From Kiritimatiellia bacterium (lineage in GTDB: Bacteria; Verrucomicrobiota; Kiritimatiellia; RFP12; UBA1067): 64,000 bases of DNA. Of this stretch, positions 26,312-35,697 are shown piece by piece. A program made the position numbers and the translations under genes. The first letter of the stretch is position 1; each line of letters opens with the position of its first letter. Where the stretch lies: positions 1,198-65,197 of the forward strand of contig JAFSMR010000059.1 of assembly GCA_017447805.1 (NCBI GenBank). Direction: 5' to 3'. The notes beneath the pieces are model-generated. The model did not search any database. It saw nothing but the letters and a program-made list of their open reading frames with translations, and was not told where the DNA came from.

Positions 26312-26335
26312 TGAACATCTGAACGCCTTGAACAT

Positions 26336-26626
26336 CTAAACTAGCGAAGCGAGGCGAGAAAACACATCATCTTTTGTGAGGCCTGAAAGCAGTAGTCGTT
26401 TTGTTTTCGAAGTTTCGCCGCTTTTGAAAGAAACTCGCGATTTCGGGATTTCTAAACAAGAAGCGACAACCTCGATAAGTTCTTTATTGGCTTTGCCATC
26501 GACAGGTGCAGAGCGAATTTTCACTTTCAAGGCGCCGGCGATTTCCCCTTCTACGCCGCTTTTTGAAGAACGCGGTGCGGCGCGCACATCGATTATCACG
26601 CCTTCTTTCGTCTCGCAGATATTCAT
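26336..26626 (-). CDS. DUF167 (YggU-like) small protein
   Basis: 96 aa. The pattern ...VRAAPRSSKSGV...LKVKIRSAPVDGKANKELIEVVA... is typical of UPF0235/DUF167. Confidence 0.75.
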   Translation of the reverse strand: MNICETKEGVIIDVRAAPRSSKSGVEGEIAGALKVKIRSAPVDGKANKELIEVVASCLEIPKSRVSFKSGETSKTKRLLLSGLTKDDVFSRLASLV

Positions 26627-27747
26627 CGCTGCCTCTTAAATGCGCCAATGCCTAAAATGAGGAATATCGCATAAGGCAATATAGCCGCAGCCGCCGGCGG
26701 CATCCAGCCGCGATTAGCGGCGACCATTCCGCCAATAACAAAGCCATAAAACAAAAAGAACATTCCAAGAGCACCAAGAACGCCTTTGAAGACGCTCTGC
26801 CTGCCAGAAGCCACACCTGAAGGAATGGCAAAAAGAGTCATTAATATGCAAGCAAAAGGCGCCATGATTTGCTTCCAGGCATCAAACTCGTATTCACGCC
26901 TCGTCTCTTGCGAAAGATTCGTATTCGTCCTCAAATGACGAAACTTGCCGACGACAGAATTGAACTGCTGCTTACGATTCTGCGCCATTATATCCGCGGG
27001 TTTTTCCTTGAATTCCGGGAAAACTCTCAATGTAAGCTTATCCAAATCTGGGGTTGGGGTTGCAATTTGCCCGCCCGTAATACTATCATAATGTTGAATA
27101 TTTTGCTGATTTTTTGAAGGGGGAGTATCCCAACTGAGCCACCATTCGCCGTCTAGCCAATCGGCGTGAGCATCGTTTATTTGATAAAGAGGCTTTCCGT
27201 TTGGGGTGTCGGCGTGAATTGTTACGCCTTCAAGATGATGACCTTTTATATCTTCAGAGCTACGGACGGTCCAGATACGGCCATCTTTTGCATTTCTATA
27301 CTCGAGTCTTCCCGAGCGAGCGGCTTCATCCATCTTAAAATGCTCTCTTTTTAATCTAAGCGCCCACTGCGCATTGTTTGGAACATATACTTCATTCACC
27401 CAAGCAACGAATACAGCCATCAGCACAGAAACAAAAAGAATCGGCATCGCGATCTTAAGGAAGCTGACGCCGCTCGCACGCATTGCGATTATTTCCGAGT
27501 GGCGGCAAAAATTCCACATCGTATAGAGCGCTGCGAGCATAAGAGCCGCCGGAGCAAGATAGTGGAAATATGGCGAAAGGTAACCCGCGAAATATTTAAT
27601 TATTACGAGCGCCGGCAATTTTGCATCTACCAATCGCGAGAAAGAGCCAAACAAATCAAACAAGAGATATATTGCGATAAAACCAGCCAGACAATAAAAA
27701 AGCGGAATTAGATATTCTTTAAGGATATATCTGAAAAGTATGCTCAT
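26623..27747 (-). CDS. LptF/LptG family LPS export permease
   Basis: The N-terminus MSILFRYILKEYLIPLFYCLAGF is typical of YjgP/YjgQ. The layout is three TM, a periplasmic beta-jellyroll-sized loop, then three TM. Confidence 0.8.
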   Translation of the reverse strand: MSILFRYILKEYLIPLFYCLAGFIAIYLLFDLFGSFSRLVDAKLPALVIIKYFAGYLSPYFHYLAPAALMLAALYTMWNFCRHSEIIAMRASGVSFLKIAMPILFVSVLMAVFVAWVNEVYVPNNAQWALRLKREHFKMDEAARSGRLEYRNAKDGRIWTVRSSEDIKGHHLEGVTIHADTPNGKPLYQINDAHADWLDGEWWLSWDTPPSKNQQNIQHYDSITGGQIATPTPDLDKLTLRVFPEFKEKPADIMAQNRKQQFNSVVGKFRHLRTNTNLSQETRREYEFDAWKQIMAPFACILMTLFAIPSGVASGRQSVFKGVLGALGMFFLFYGFVIGGMVAANRGWMPPAAAAILPYAIFLILGIGAFKRQR

Positions 27748-28691
27748 TGCTCAAGCGCCCCCGTCAAATCTTTCACAGCCTTAAAAGCGTGCCGCCGGCA
27801 ATAGTCGAGTATTCCTTGCCTTACTTCACCGACGACAGAAGGTGAAGTGAATATTGCGCTTCCTAACGCGACGGCAGTTGCGCCTGCGAGGAAAAGCTCA
27901 ATAGCCGAGCGCGCATCATACACGCCGCCCATAGCCAATATCGGCAGTTTCGTCGCTCTATAGGCATCGTAAACGACCTTGACCGCAACGGGGTGGATGC
28001 CTCTACCCGATAGGCCACCCGTCCTATTCGCCAAAACGGGTCTACGGTTTTCGATATCGATTACCATTGCCGGAATCGTGTTAATCATCGAAAGAGCATC
28101 TGCGCCGCCATCTTCGCATGCTTTTATGTAGGGCCTGATATCAGGGAAATTCGGCGCCAATTTCACTATAAGCGGAAGAGTAGTAGCTTTTCTAACTTCA
28201 GTTACGAGCTTATTCAAAATCGTAGGGTCCTGACCAAAAGTATGGCCGCCCGCCTTGACATTTGGGCACGATACATTACATTCGATTGCACCAATGACTG
28301 CGCCTTCTTTCGTAGTCTTCGCCGCTTCATCTATGCGACGCGCGACCTCGGCATATTCCGCGATTTCGCCGCCCCAGATATTGACAATCATCTTAGGCGA
28401 GACTTTTTCGCTGTATTGCTTTAGATAATGGCTGAGGAATTTTTCTATTCCCGGCCCCTGCAAGCCGATGGCATTAACCATGCCGCCGGGGACTTCCACG
28501 TGGCGCGGCATATTATTCCCTGGCCATTCGCAAAGGCGAATACCCTTTACCGTTATCGCGCCAAGGCTTGAATAATCGACTGCTCCCAGATATTCCGTCC
28601 CGTAGCCAAACGTGCCGCTGGCCGTCGCTAGCGGAGTTGCCATCTCAAGCCCGCCGAGATTCGTTCTTTCATCTATTGCCATCATTGCCAT
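27744..28691 (-). CDS. pyrD: dihydroorotate dehydrogenase, class 1B catalytic subunit
   Basis: ASGTFGYG, NVSCPNV and GGLSG motifs, located directly downstream of pyrK. The start is uncertain (ATG at 28691, 28685 or 28682). Confidence 0.88.
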   Translation of the reverse strand: MAMMAIDERTNLGGLEMATPLATASGTFGYGTEYLGAVDYSSLGAITVKGIRLCEWPGNNMPRHVEVPGGMVNAIGLQGPGIEKFLSHYLKQYSEKVSPKMIVNIWGGEIAEYAEVARRIDEAAKTTKEGAVIGAIECNVSCPNVKAGGHTFGQDPTILNKLVTEVRKATTLPLIVKLAPNFPDIRPYIKACEDGGADALSMINTIPAMVIDIENRRPVLANRTGGLSGRGIHPVAVKVVYDAYRATKLPILAMGGVYDARSAIELFLAGATAVALGSAIFTSPSVVGEVRQGILDYCRRHAFKAVKDLTGALEQ

Positions 28692-29467
28692 ATCAAATCC
28701 TTCGCCGCAAAAACAGGTCCGTCTACACAACAGCGCGAATTGCCGTTAACAGTCTTCTGAATACAGGCGAAACACGCGCCAACACCGCAAATCATGTGGC
28801 GATCGGTAGAAATCCACCCTGGGGCGCCTAGCGATACCGCCCTATCGGAAATCGCCTTGAGTAATCCATCTGGTCCGCAAGCAAACAGCTCGAAATTTTC
28901 GCCTGATCTTCTCAATTGCGCAATTCTTTCATCTAGCGGGACGACTGCGAAGCCCTTGGTTCCCATCGAACCATCCTCCGTAGCGGCGCATACCTCTACG
29001 CCGAGTGAAGCAAATCTATCAAGCGCGAGGAGGTCGGCTTTCGTTCGCCCGCCGACAAACAGGATAACCTTTTCGTGACCAAATTCTTTCAGGCGCTTGG
29101 CAAGGAAATATAGCGGAGCTACGCCATATCCGCCGCCGACAAGCAGCGCCCAACCATCGCATTTTTCCGGGAAGCCCTTTCCCAAAGGACCTTCCACCTC
29201 GAGCAAATCGCCAACTTCGACTCGGTTAAGCGCCTTGGTGCCGCGTCCGACAGTTTTATACAATACCTCGAGACGTCCGAGCTTGGCATCCGCGCAAAAC
29301 ACCGAAAAAGGACGCCTTAGCGCGCTTGGTTCCAATGCCGGAACTTTCAAATGTATAAACTGGCCAGGGCGAAGATCTTGCGCCATTCGACTCTCTTCGA
29401 GAACGAGATGATGATAGAGCGTGCCTACCTCTTCGTGAACTACAACCTTCGCTTTCGTATCTACCAC
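28682..29467 (-). CDS. pyrK: dihydroorotate dehydrogenase electron-transfer subunit (FAD/2Fe-2S)
   Basis: RRPFS FAD motif, GGGYGVAPL, and a C-terminal Cys cluster CGVGACFAC...CC. Confidence 0.88.
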   Translation of the reverse strand: MVDTKAKVVVHEEVGTLYHHLVLEESRMAQDLRPGQFIHLKVPALEPSALRRPFSVFCADAKLGRLEVLYKTVGRGTKALNRVEVGDLLEVEGPLGKGFPEKCDGWALLVGGGYGVAPLYFLAKRLKEFGHEKVILFVGGRTKADLLALDRFASLGVEVCAATEDGSMGTKGFAVVPLDERIAQLRRSGENFELFACGPDGLLKAISDRAVSLGAPGWISTDRHMICGVGACFACIQKTVNGNSRCCVDGPVFAAKDLIWQ

Positions 29468-29492
29468 TTTTCAAACTTCCTAATTTAAAATT

Positions 29493-30461
29493 CTACTTTC
29501 CGCTCTTTTGCCCCTCTTCGCCGACTTTCCCGAACGCATAAGTCATATTTGCCCCAAAAAGCACTATCTGCCAACTCATGTAAAGCCATGTAACGATAAT
29601 CGGAAGGAAGGCGAGCGAACCATATATTGCGCTGGATTTAGCTACGCCTACCTGCGCTATAGCACAAAGTTTCATCCATCCGGCAAATAAAAACGCCGTT
29701 ACCATACCGCTCCAAAAGGCGTGAGAAAACTTCACCTTGCAATGAGGCAGAGCATAGAATAGAAATGCGAAATCAAGCGACGCGAAAAAGACCGATATCG
29801 CTATTCTAAACAAAAGAGATTCAAGAAACCAAATAATACTGGAAGAAAGCCACTGGGTAATCCACATTTGACCAAAGGTCATATTCAAAACATTTTTTAC
29901 TATATTCAATATCGGCAGCGACATTGCCATCGCACCAATCAGCGGCAGAATTATGACAACCGCCAGATACATCCACATTCTCTTCCAAATAGTCCTGGGC
30001 TTGGGAACATTCCAAATCTGATTAAAACTTTCTTCGACCATTGAAATCGAACCGACGACGGTCCAGAGAAGAACACCAAGGCCAATCCAGCCAACGGTAC
30101 TAACATCGAACTTATCGACCCTATCGAATATCCTATTCGATAAATCGCGCGCCTTGCCGCCATAATCCTTGGCGATCTTTTTCTTGGCCTCGCGCTCTGC
30201 TTCATCAGCGGCGGTCATTTGCGCAAGACTCTCATCTTGGCTCGCCTCGAATCGTGTAATTGCCGAATCGATTCTTGTATTGATATGGTCCCTAACCAAA
30301 TTGCCGGCGCCGAAAGTTTTTGCGGCCAAGAGGAGTATGCAAAGTAGCGGCACAAGCGTAAGCAGGGAAAAATAAGTAAGCGCTGCAGCTTGCATTGTGC
30401 AGTGGTTGCTGAAAAATCCAGTTATAACGCACTTTCCCCAGCTATAGCACTTTTTCAACAT
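29493..30461 (-). CDS. YihY/BrkB family membrane protein
   Basis: The AAALTYFSLLTLVPLL motif and about 6 TM segments. I place the start at ATG 30461, preceded by GGGAAGG; the track start at 30548 is a TTG without an SD. Confidence 0.8.
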   Translation of the reverse strand: MLKKCYSWGKCVITGFFSNHCTMQAAALTYFSLLTLVPLLCILLLAAKTFGAGNLVRDHINTRIDSAITRFEASQDESLAQMTAADEAEREAKKKIAKDYGGKARDLSNRIFDRVDKFDVSTVGWIGLGVLLWTVVGSISMVEESFNQIWNVPKPRTIWKRMWMYLAVVIILPLIGAMAMSLPILNIVKNVLNMTFGQMWITQWLSSSIIWFLESLLFRIAISVFFASLDFAFLFYALPHCKVKFSHAFWSGMVTAFLFAGWMKLCAIAQVGVAKSSAIYGSLAFLPIIVTWLYMSWQIVLFGANMTYAFGKVGEEGQKSGK

Positions 30462-30566
30462 AAGACCTTCCCATCCTATATCGATAAATTTCGGCGCATT
30501 ACCCCTTTTTCGAGCGCGGCATTCGATATCCGACTTAAAAAGGGGCAAGCGCCTATTCGCGGCCTA

Positions 30567-30737
30567 TTAGCCAGCCGAGATAGCTTCGCTCGGGCACTGC
30601 GCAGCGCACGCACCGCAATCGACGCACTTATCGGGGTCGATCGTATAGGGCGATCCTTCCGCAATTGCCTCGGCAGGGCACGCATCCTTGCAGCATCCAC
30701 ATGCTACACACTTACCGGCATCAATCTTGTGTGCCAT
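30567..30737 (-). CDS. 2x[4Fe-4S] ferredoxin (56 aa)
   Basis: Not in the ORF track because it is under 60 aa. My own translation is MAHKIDAGKCVACGCCKDACPAEAIAEGSPYTIDPDKCVDCGACAAQCPSEAISAG, containing two CxxCxxCxxxCP motifs. A strong SD, AAGGAGG, lies 8 nt upstream. Confidence 0.9.
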   Translation of the reverse strand: MAHKIDAGKCVACGCCKDACPAEAIAEGSPYTIDPDKCVDCGACAAQCPSEAISAG

Positions 30738-30794
30738 TTTAGTATACCTCCTTCTAACCTGAGTTCAGGTCTTTATTTCGTTAACGATGGCTGT

Positions 30795-30823
30795 ATTGTA
30801 TCAAATTTTTCGTTTCCTGTCTA
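30795..30823 (-). promoter_or_regulatory. putative ferredoxin promoter (TAGACA-17-TGATACAAT)
   Basis: -10 at 30800-30795 with TGA upstream and -35 at 30823-30818. The leader is about 58 nt and carries the ACCTGA-AC-TCAGGT hairpin. Confidence 0.5.
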
Positions 30824-30887
30824 GGGGGGAGGCGCCAAGAGCTATCTTTCCCGACAATTTTAGAACCTTCAAATTATACATACCCCC

Positions 30888-30916
30888 TAGCCCAAAGCGG
30901 GAAAATATGCTATAAT
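30888..30916 (+). promoter_or_regulatory. putative promoter of the plus-strand SPFH operon (TGCTATAAT extended -10)
   Basis: -10 at 30911-30916 and a weak -35 (TAGCCC). The leader of about 70 nt contains a hairpin. Confidence 0.5.
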
Positions 30917-30995
30917 ACACTCACCTTTGGCTCACTGGGGCCAGAGGCGTGCATGTTGGAATAAAATACCTTACCCTAGGAAAGGAAGCTAGATT

Positions 30996-31928
30996 ATGAT
31001 TATGTTGGCCGATTCGATGAGCGCGTGGATATTCTTCGCGATTGTCTTGATTATCGTAGTTTCAGCAATATTGAAAACAGCCGTAATAGTTCCGCAAAAA
31101 GCGGCATATATCGTTGAAAGGCTTGGCAAATATCGTTGCACGCTCGATGCCGGCTTTCATATCCTCGTGCCCTTCTTCGATAGAATCGCATATCGCCATA
31201 CTCTAAAGGAGCAGGCCATCGATGTTCCGCCGCAGGAGTGCATTACAAAGGATAATATCGCAGTAAGCGTCGATGGAATTCTCTACATGCAGGTAATGGA
31301 CCCTGCGAAGGCGAGCTACGGAATCGGCAATTACCTCTTCGCGACTACCCAGCTTGCACAAACAACGATGCGCTCCGAGATGGGCAAACTCGACCTCGAC
31401 CGCTCGTTCGAAGAGCGGATGAGCATAAACGCGGCAATTGTAGCGGCTGTGGATAAAGCGAGCGACCCGTGGGGGATTAAAGTAACGCGCTACGAAATCA
31501 AGAATATCACGCCGCCGCGGACTATTCGCGACGCAATGGAAAAGCAGATGCGCGCAGAACGCGAGAAGCGCGCGATGATTGCAGAATCCGAAGGCGAGCG
31601 CCAAGCGAAGATCAACCGCGCCGAAGGCGAAAGGCAAGAAGCAATTGCGCTTTCAGAAGGCGAAAGGATGAGAAAGATCAACGAGGCGGAAGGTAAAGCG
31701 CAGGAAATCCTTCTCGTCGCGGAAGCCCAAGCTACAGGCATACGCAAGGTAGCCGAGGCTATAAACGGCCAGGGCGGCGTGGAATCAGTGAATATGCAGC
31801 TCGCCCAGCAATATCTAACGCAATTCGGAAATCTCGCAAAGACCAACAATACGATGATAATTCCGAGCAATCTCGCCGATGTCGCGGGCGTTCTAAAGTG
31901 TTGCGCAAACGTCATCAAGCAATCGTAA
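30996..31928 (+). CDS. SPFH/band-7 (stomatin/QmcA-like) membrane protein
   Basis: An N-terminal TM segment, then IVPQKAAYIVERLGKY...ITKDNIAVSVDGILY...IKVTRYEIKNITPP and a C-terminal coiled coil. Confidence 0.88.
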   Translation: MIMLADSMSAWIFFAIVLIIVVSAILKTAVIVPQKAAYIVERLGKYRCTLDAGFHILVPFFDRIAYRHTLKEQAIDVPPQECITKDNIAVSVDGILYMQVMDPAKASYGIGNYLFATTQLAQTTMRSEMGKLDLDRSFEERMSINAAIVAAVDKASDPWGIKVTRYEIKNITPPRTIRDAMEKQMRAEREKRAMIAESEGERQAKINRAEGERQEAIALSEGERMRKINEAEGKAQEILLVAEAQATGIRKVAEAINGQGGVESVNMQLAQQYLTQFGNLAKTNNTMIIPSNLADVAGVLKCCANVIKQS

Positions 31929-31985
31929 GCAAAGAGACAAGAAATTTTACCGTCCAATAAACAAGAGAAAGGAAACCTCGAAATC

Positions 31986-32894
31986 ATGAAACCGACACTC
32001 GTTGTTCTAGCAGCAGGCATGGGATCCAGATACGGCGGCCTGAAGCAGGTAGACCCCGTAGGCCCCAGTGGTGAAGCAATCGGCGATTATTCCGTATTTG
32101 ATGCGGTAAGAGCCGGATTTGGGAAGGTGGTATTCATTATTCGCCACGATTTCGAAGCCGAATTCAAAGAAAAGATAGGCAAGAAATATGAAGGAGTAAT
32201 TCCGGTAGATTATTGCTATCAGGACATAAACGATTTGCCGGCGCCTTACACAGTACCTGCCGGACGCACCAAGCCTTGGGGCACGGCGCACGCTACACGC
32301 GCGGCTCGCGATATTGTAAAAGAACCATTCGCAGTAATCAACGCAGACGATTTCTACGGGCGCGATGCGTTTGAACGCCTCGCGAAGTTCCTCTCATCCC
32401 CGGCGGCCGCAGATGGCAAGCTCCATTTCGCAATGGTCGGCTATAGGCTTTCTTCGACATTGAGCGAAAACGGTTCCGTCGCTCGCGGTATTTGCACCGT
32501 CGGCGACGACGGGGAGCTCCTGGGCGTCAAGGAAATGACAAAGCTCGTTCGCGCAGGGGATGTTGCGGAAAACCGCGAAGACGAAGCAAATCCCGTCAAG
32601 GTTCCTCTCGATGCACGCGTATCGATGAACCTTTGGGGCTTCACGCCAGGTCTCTTCGACGAACTCGCGGAACGCTTCCCGAAATGGCTCGCGCAAAACG
32701 GTGCGAAAGAAAAGAGCGAATGGTATATTCCATTCGTAGTCGATGAGCTCATCAAGGAAGGCAAGGCCGATTGCAAGGTTCTGCCGACCGAATCACGCTG
32801 GTTTGGAGTAACCTACCGCGAAGACAAGCCTTTCGTAACAGGTGAAATCGCAAAACTCGTAGAATCGGGCGAATATCCGAACAAGCTTTTCTAA
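31986..32894 (+). CDS. sugar-phosphate nucleotidyltransferase family protein
   Basis: The N-terminal LAAGMGSRYGGLKQ nucleotide-binding loop is present. The specific substrate is unknown. Confidence 0.7.
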   Translation: MKPTLVVLAAGMGSRYGGLKQVDPVGPSGEAIGDYSVFDAVRAGFGKVVFIIRHDFEAEFKEKIGKKYEGVIPVDYCYQDINDLPAPYTVPAGRTKPWGTAHATRAARDIVKEPFAVINADDFYGRDAFERLAKFLSSPAAADGKLHFAMVGYRLSSTLSENGSVARGICTVGDDGELLGVKEMTKLVRAGDVAENREDEANPVKVPLDARVSMNLWGFTPGLFDELAERFPKWLAQNGAKEKSEWYIPFVVDELIKEGKADCKVLPTESRWFGVTYREDKPFVTGEIAKLVESGEYPNKLF

Positions 32895-32920
32895 TCCAAT
32901 AGGATAAAATTGCAAAGGCG

Positions 32921-33628
32921 ATGTACGAAGTTCGCAATATAGCTTTCACCTACAGCCGCAGAAAAATTCTGCGCGATGTATCATTCGTCGTCTCGCCTGG
33001 CGAGACTGTTGCCGTAGTAGGCAACAATGGCGCAGGCAAGACGACGCTAATGAAAGTTCTTGCTACTTTGTACCCTCCGGATTCCGGCCTCGTGCTAAGC
33101 GATGGACAAGACGCGCTTTCAAATCCGCTAAAATACCGGCGACAGCTCGGCTATATGGGCGAAACGCCCGCTCTCTACGAGGATATGAAGGTAAAGGCGT
33201 ATCTTGAATATCGCGCGGCTATCAAGGGCGAAGTCGAAAAACGAATTAGAAGAAGAGTCGGGGAAGCGGCGGAAATTTGCCAAATCCCCGACCTTATGTC
33301 CACGCCGATTCGCCATCTCTCGGCAGGACAAAAAAAGCGCGTAGCCCTAGCCGATGCAATACTCCTTAGGCCGAGGGTATTGTTGCTGGATGATTTTCTC
33401 GCAGGACTAGACCGGACAATGCGAGAGGCGGCAGGATCCATCGTGACGACGGTCGCAGCATTCGCCGGCGTAATAATTACAGGTCACGAAATAGCAGATT
33501 TGGCGAAATGGACGACTAGATTCCTAGTGCTATCAGGTGGCGTAATATCTTCTGTTATTCCATCTGCCGGGATGGATTATGCAACTACGATAAAGCGCGT
33601 AGACAACGCATTGGGGGGCGGTAGATAA
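32921..33628 (+). CDS. ABC transporter ATP-binding protein (GldA-like), with atypical Walker B LLLDD
   Basis: Walker A GNNGAGKTT, signature LSAGQ, Walker B VLLLDDFLAGLD, H-loop TGHE. Confidence 0.85.
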   Translation: MYEVRNIAFTYSRRKILRDVSFVVSPGETVAVVGNNGAGKTTLMKVLATLYPPDSGLVLSDGQDALSNPLKYRRQLGYMGETPALYEDMKVKAYLEYRAAIKGEVEKRIRRRVGEAAEICQIPDLMSTPIRHLSAGQKKRVALADAILLRPRVLLLDDFLAGLDRTMREAAGSIVTTVAAFAGVIITGHEIADLAKWTTRFLVLSGGVISSVIPSAGMDYATTIKRVDNALGGGR

Positions 33629-35697
33629 TGAGCCCGATCGCAATTACATGTAAACGGACCTTGGGCGTTCTCAAGTCGCTATATTCGACAGTGCTTGCAT
33701 ACAGCTTGTTTTTCGCCGCAGCCGGCGCTAGCTTTGCGTTTTCGCTAGAGGCGGCCGAAGGCGGCGAAACTCCCATTGCCGTAATTTGGGCAATTGCCAC
33801 CGCGCCGCTTTTGCCGATTCTCGCCTCGCTTCTCGCGATGGATGTTTGGAGCGACGAAAAAAGAACAGGCAGAATCGAACAACTGCTTTGCACACCTGTC
33901 CTAGAGCGCGATTTTACAATCGGCAAATTCCTCGGCGTTTTGATTGCGGCAATGACCGCACTAGGCGCGTTTTTGATTTCGACGATTTTCTTTCTGTATT
34001 TCTTCGCGCCTTCGGCGCTGGAAAATCAGACGTTTTTCTCATTCTTGCCGGCGCTCATGGCGCTCGCGATGCAATCGACCTTGTGGTGCGCCGTAGCAGT
34101 TGCCGCAAGCGCCGCGTTCCGCCATGCCGCAGCCGCGGCGATTACCACAATCGCAATTACAAGCGCCATTCCTCGTGGGCTATGGCTTGCTCTTATGCAG
34201 TGGGCGCCGCAAGGGAGGTTGTCTTTTGGCGAAATGCCTCTAGACGCGCAAATATTCGATATTACGAATGGTTCGATTTCTTCGGCTACAGTTCTTTCTT
34301 ACGCTCTCTTGAGCATATTTTCTCTTTTTATCGCGACGAAATTCACTACTGCCGCACGATATATCGGGCGAGGCGCGAGGCAACATAAATGGTCGATGGC
34401 GACTGTTGTTACGCTGACCATCGTTCTTTCCGTAATGCTGCTTGGGCTATTTTACAGACTAAACACGACTATCGAATTGCCCATAGGAATCCACAGCGAA
34501 AGAATCTTTTCGGAAAAGACCCGTACCATCCTAAGAGAAACGCGAGGCGAAATAACCATAAGCGCCTTTATGTCTAGAAAAGATTCGCGCTTCCGTCAGA
34601 TTTCCTACTTCTTAAGAGCGCTATCTCGCGAAGCGGATGCCGTAGGCGGCGCGAGAATAAATATACGCTATGTAGACCCGCGCTGGGATCTCGGCGCGGC
34701 TGGACGGCTTGTGAATATCGGCGCCGATGTCGATTCACTGGTATTCGAACGCGGCAGAAGGCAAACGATATTGCCGTTAGGCAGTAATTTTAGCGAAAGA
34801 AGATGCGCAAGCGCTTTGCAGAAAATCGCGATGCCTCCGCAAAGAAAGAAGATTTATTGGACTCGTGGCCACGGGGAATGCCCATTTGAAGCATACGGGC
34901 CTTGGGGCATGAGCGATATCGCGCGCGAATTGCATTTCGCAGGCTACCACAATCAATCCATAAATCTCGCGCAAGATTCCGAAATTCCTTCAGATTGCGC
35001 GCTAGTCATCGTCGCCGGACCCAAGAGCGATTTTTCAAAAACCGAAACCGGCCGGCTTGATACCTACCTCAGGAAAGGCGGTCGATTGCTGTTGCTGTTT
35101 TCCGGCGAGAAAGACAAGGATTGGATCGCCAAACTTCTTACCGGTTGGGGAATCGCGATCGAAAGCGCGAAACCTGATGGCGTAAAAACCCAATCGGGAA
35201 CAGATGTAATCGTATCAGATTTCTCCGATCATCCAATAACCGACCCGATAAGAGGAAGGCAGATTCTTCTCGAGGCGCCTACGACATTTTCGCATTCTTC
35301 TTCTTCCGAAGCTCCGGGTGCGGATAAAATCGAATATTTTGAACTCGCCAAAACCGGCGACTATTGCGTAGCCGCAGTTTCGGAGCGCGGTTCGAATGCC
35401 GGCGAAGACCTTGAACTTAGGCCAACGCGTATCGTTGCAATCGGCGACGCTTCATTCATCATGAATGCGCAACTCAAGGAAAAAGGCAACGAAAATAGAG
35501 TATTTTTCCTCAACTCAGTAGCCTACCTTTCCGGTTCCGGCGCGATGACAGGCGCAGATACCGAAGCGAGTAGATTGATTACGAGGATGGATCGCTCGAC
35601 GAGAATCAAATTCGTCTTTGCATCCTCGGCAATCTTCCCTGGCATACTTTTCATCATCGCTATGGCGATTGTAATAGCTGGGAGGAAACGCTCATGA
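33628..35697 (+). CDS. fusion of an ABC-2 type permease with a GldG-like accessory domain
   Basis: 689 aa. The first roughly 250 aa are polytopic, followed by a large soluble domain and a C-terminal TM anchor. Start and stop overlap the flanking genes. Confidence 0.7.
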   Translation: MSPIAITCKRTLGVLKSLYSTVLAYSLFFAAAGASFAFSLEAAEGGETPIAVIWAIATAPLLPILASLLAMDVWSDEKRTGRIEQLLCTPVLERDFTIGKFLGVLIAAMTALGAFLISTIFFLYFFAPSALENQTFFSFLPALMALAMQSTLWCAVAVAASAAFRHAAAAAITTIAITSAIPRGLWLALMQWAPQGRLSFGEMPLDAQIFDITNGSISSATVLSYALLSIFSLFIATKFTTAARYIGRGARQHKWSMATVVTLTIVLSVMLLGLFYRLNTTIELPIGIHSERIFSEKTRTILRETRGEITISAFMSRKDSRFRQISYFLRALSREADAVGGARINIRYVDPRWDLGAAGRLVNIGADVDSLVFERGRRQTILPLGSNFSERRCASALQKIAMPPQRKKIYWTRGHGECPFEAYGPWGMSDIARELHFAGYHNQSINLAQDSEIPSDCALVIVAGPKSDFSKTETGRLDTYLRKGGRLLLLFSGEKDKDWIAKLLTGWGIAIESAKPDGVKTQSGTDVIVSDFSDHPITDPIRGRQILLEAPTTFSHSSSSEAPGADKIEYFELAKTGDYCVAAVSERGSNAGEDLELRPTRIVAIGDASFIMNAQLKEKGNENRVFFLNSVAYLSGSGAMTGADTEASRLITRMDRSTRIKFVFASSAIFPGILFIIAMAIVIAGRKRS

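Noticed and set aside
26007-26335. 329-bp region upstream of glyQS considered as a T-box leader or riboswitch
   Set aside because: The best promoter places the -10 hexamer only 11 nt from the ATG, so this DNA lies upstream of the mRNA. I also saw no T-box consensus or specifier-loop architecture.
30738-30995. Divergent 258-bp region at the strand switch considered as a replication origin
   Set aside because: I saw no cluster of DnaA-box-like 9-mers (TTATCCACA and variants), no AT-rich unwinding repeats and no dnaA/dnaN nearby. Gene orientation switches back at 39.9 kb.
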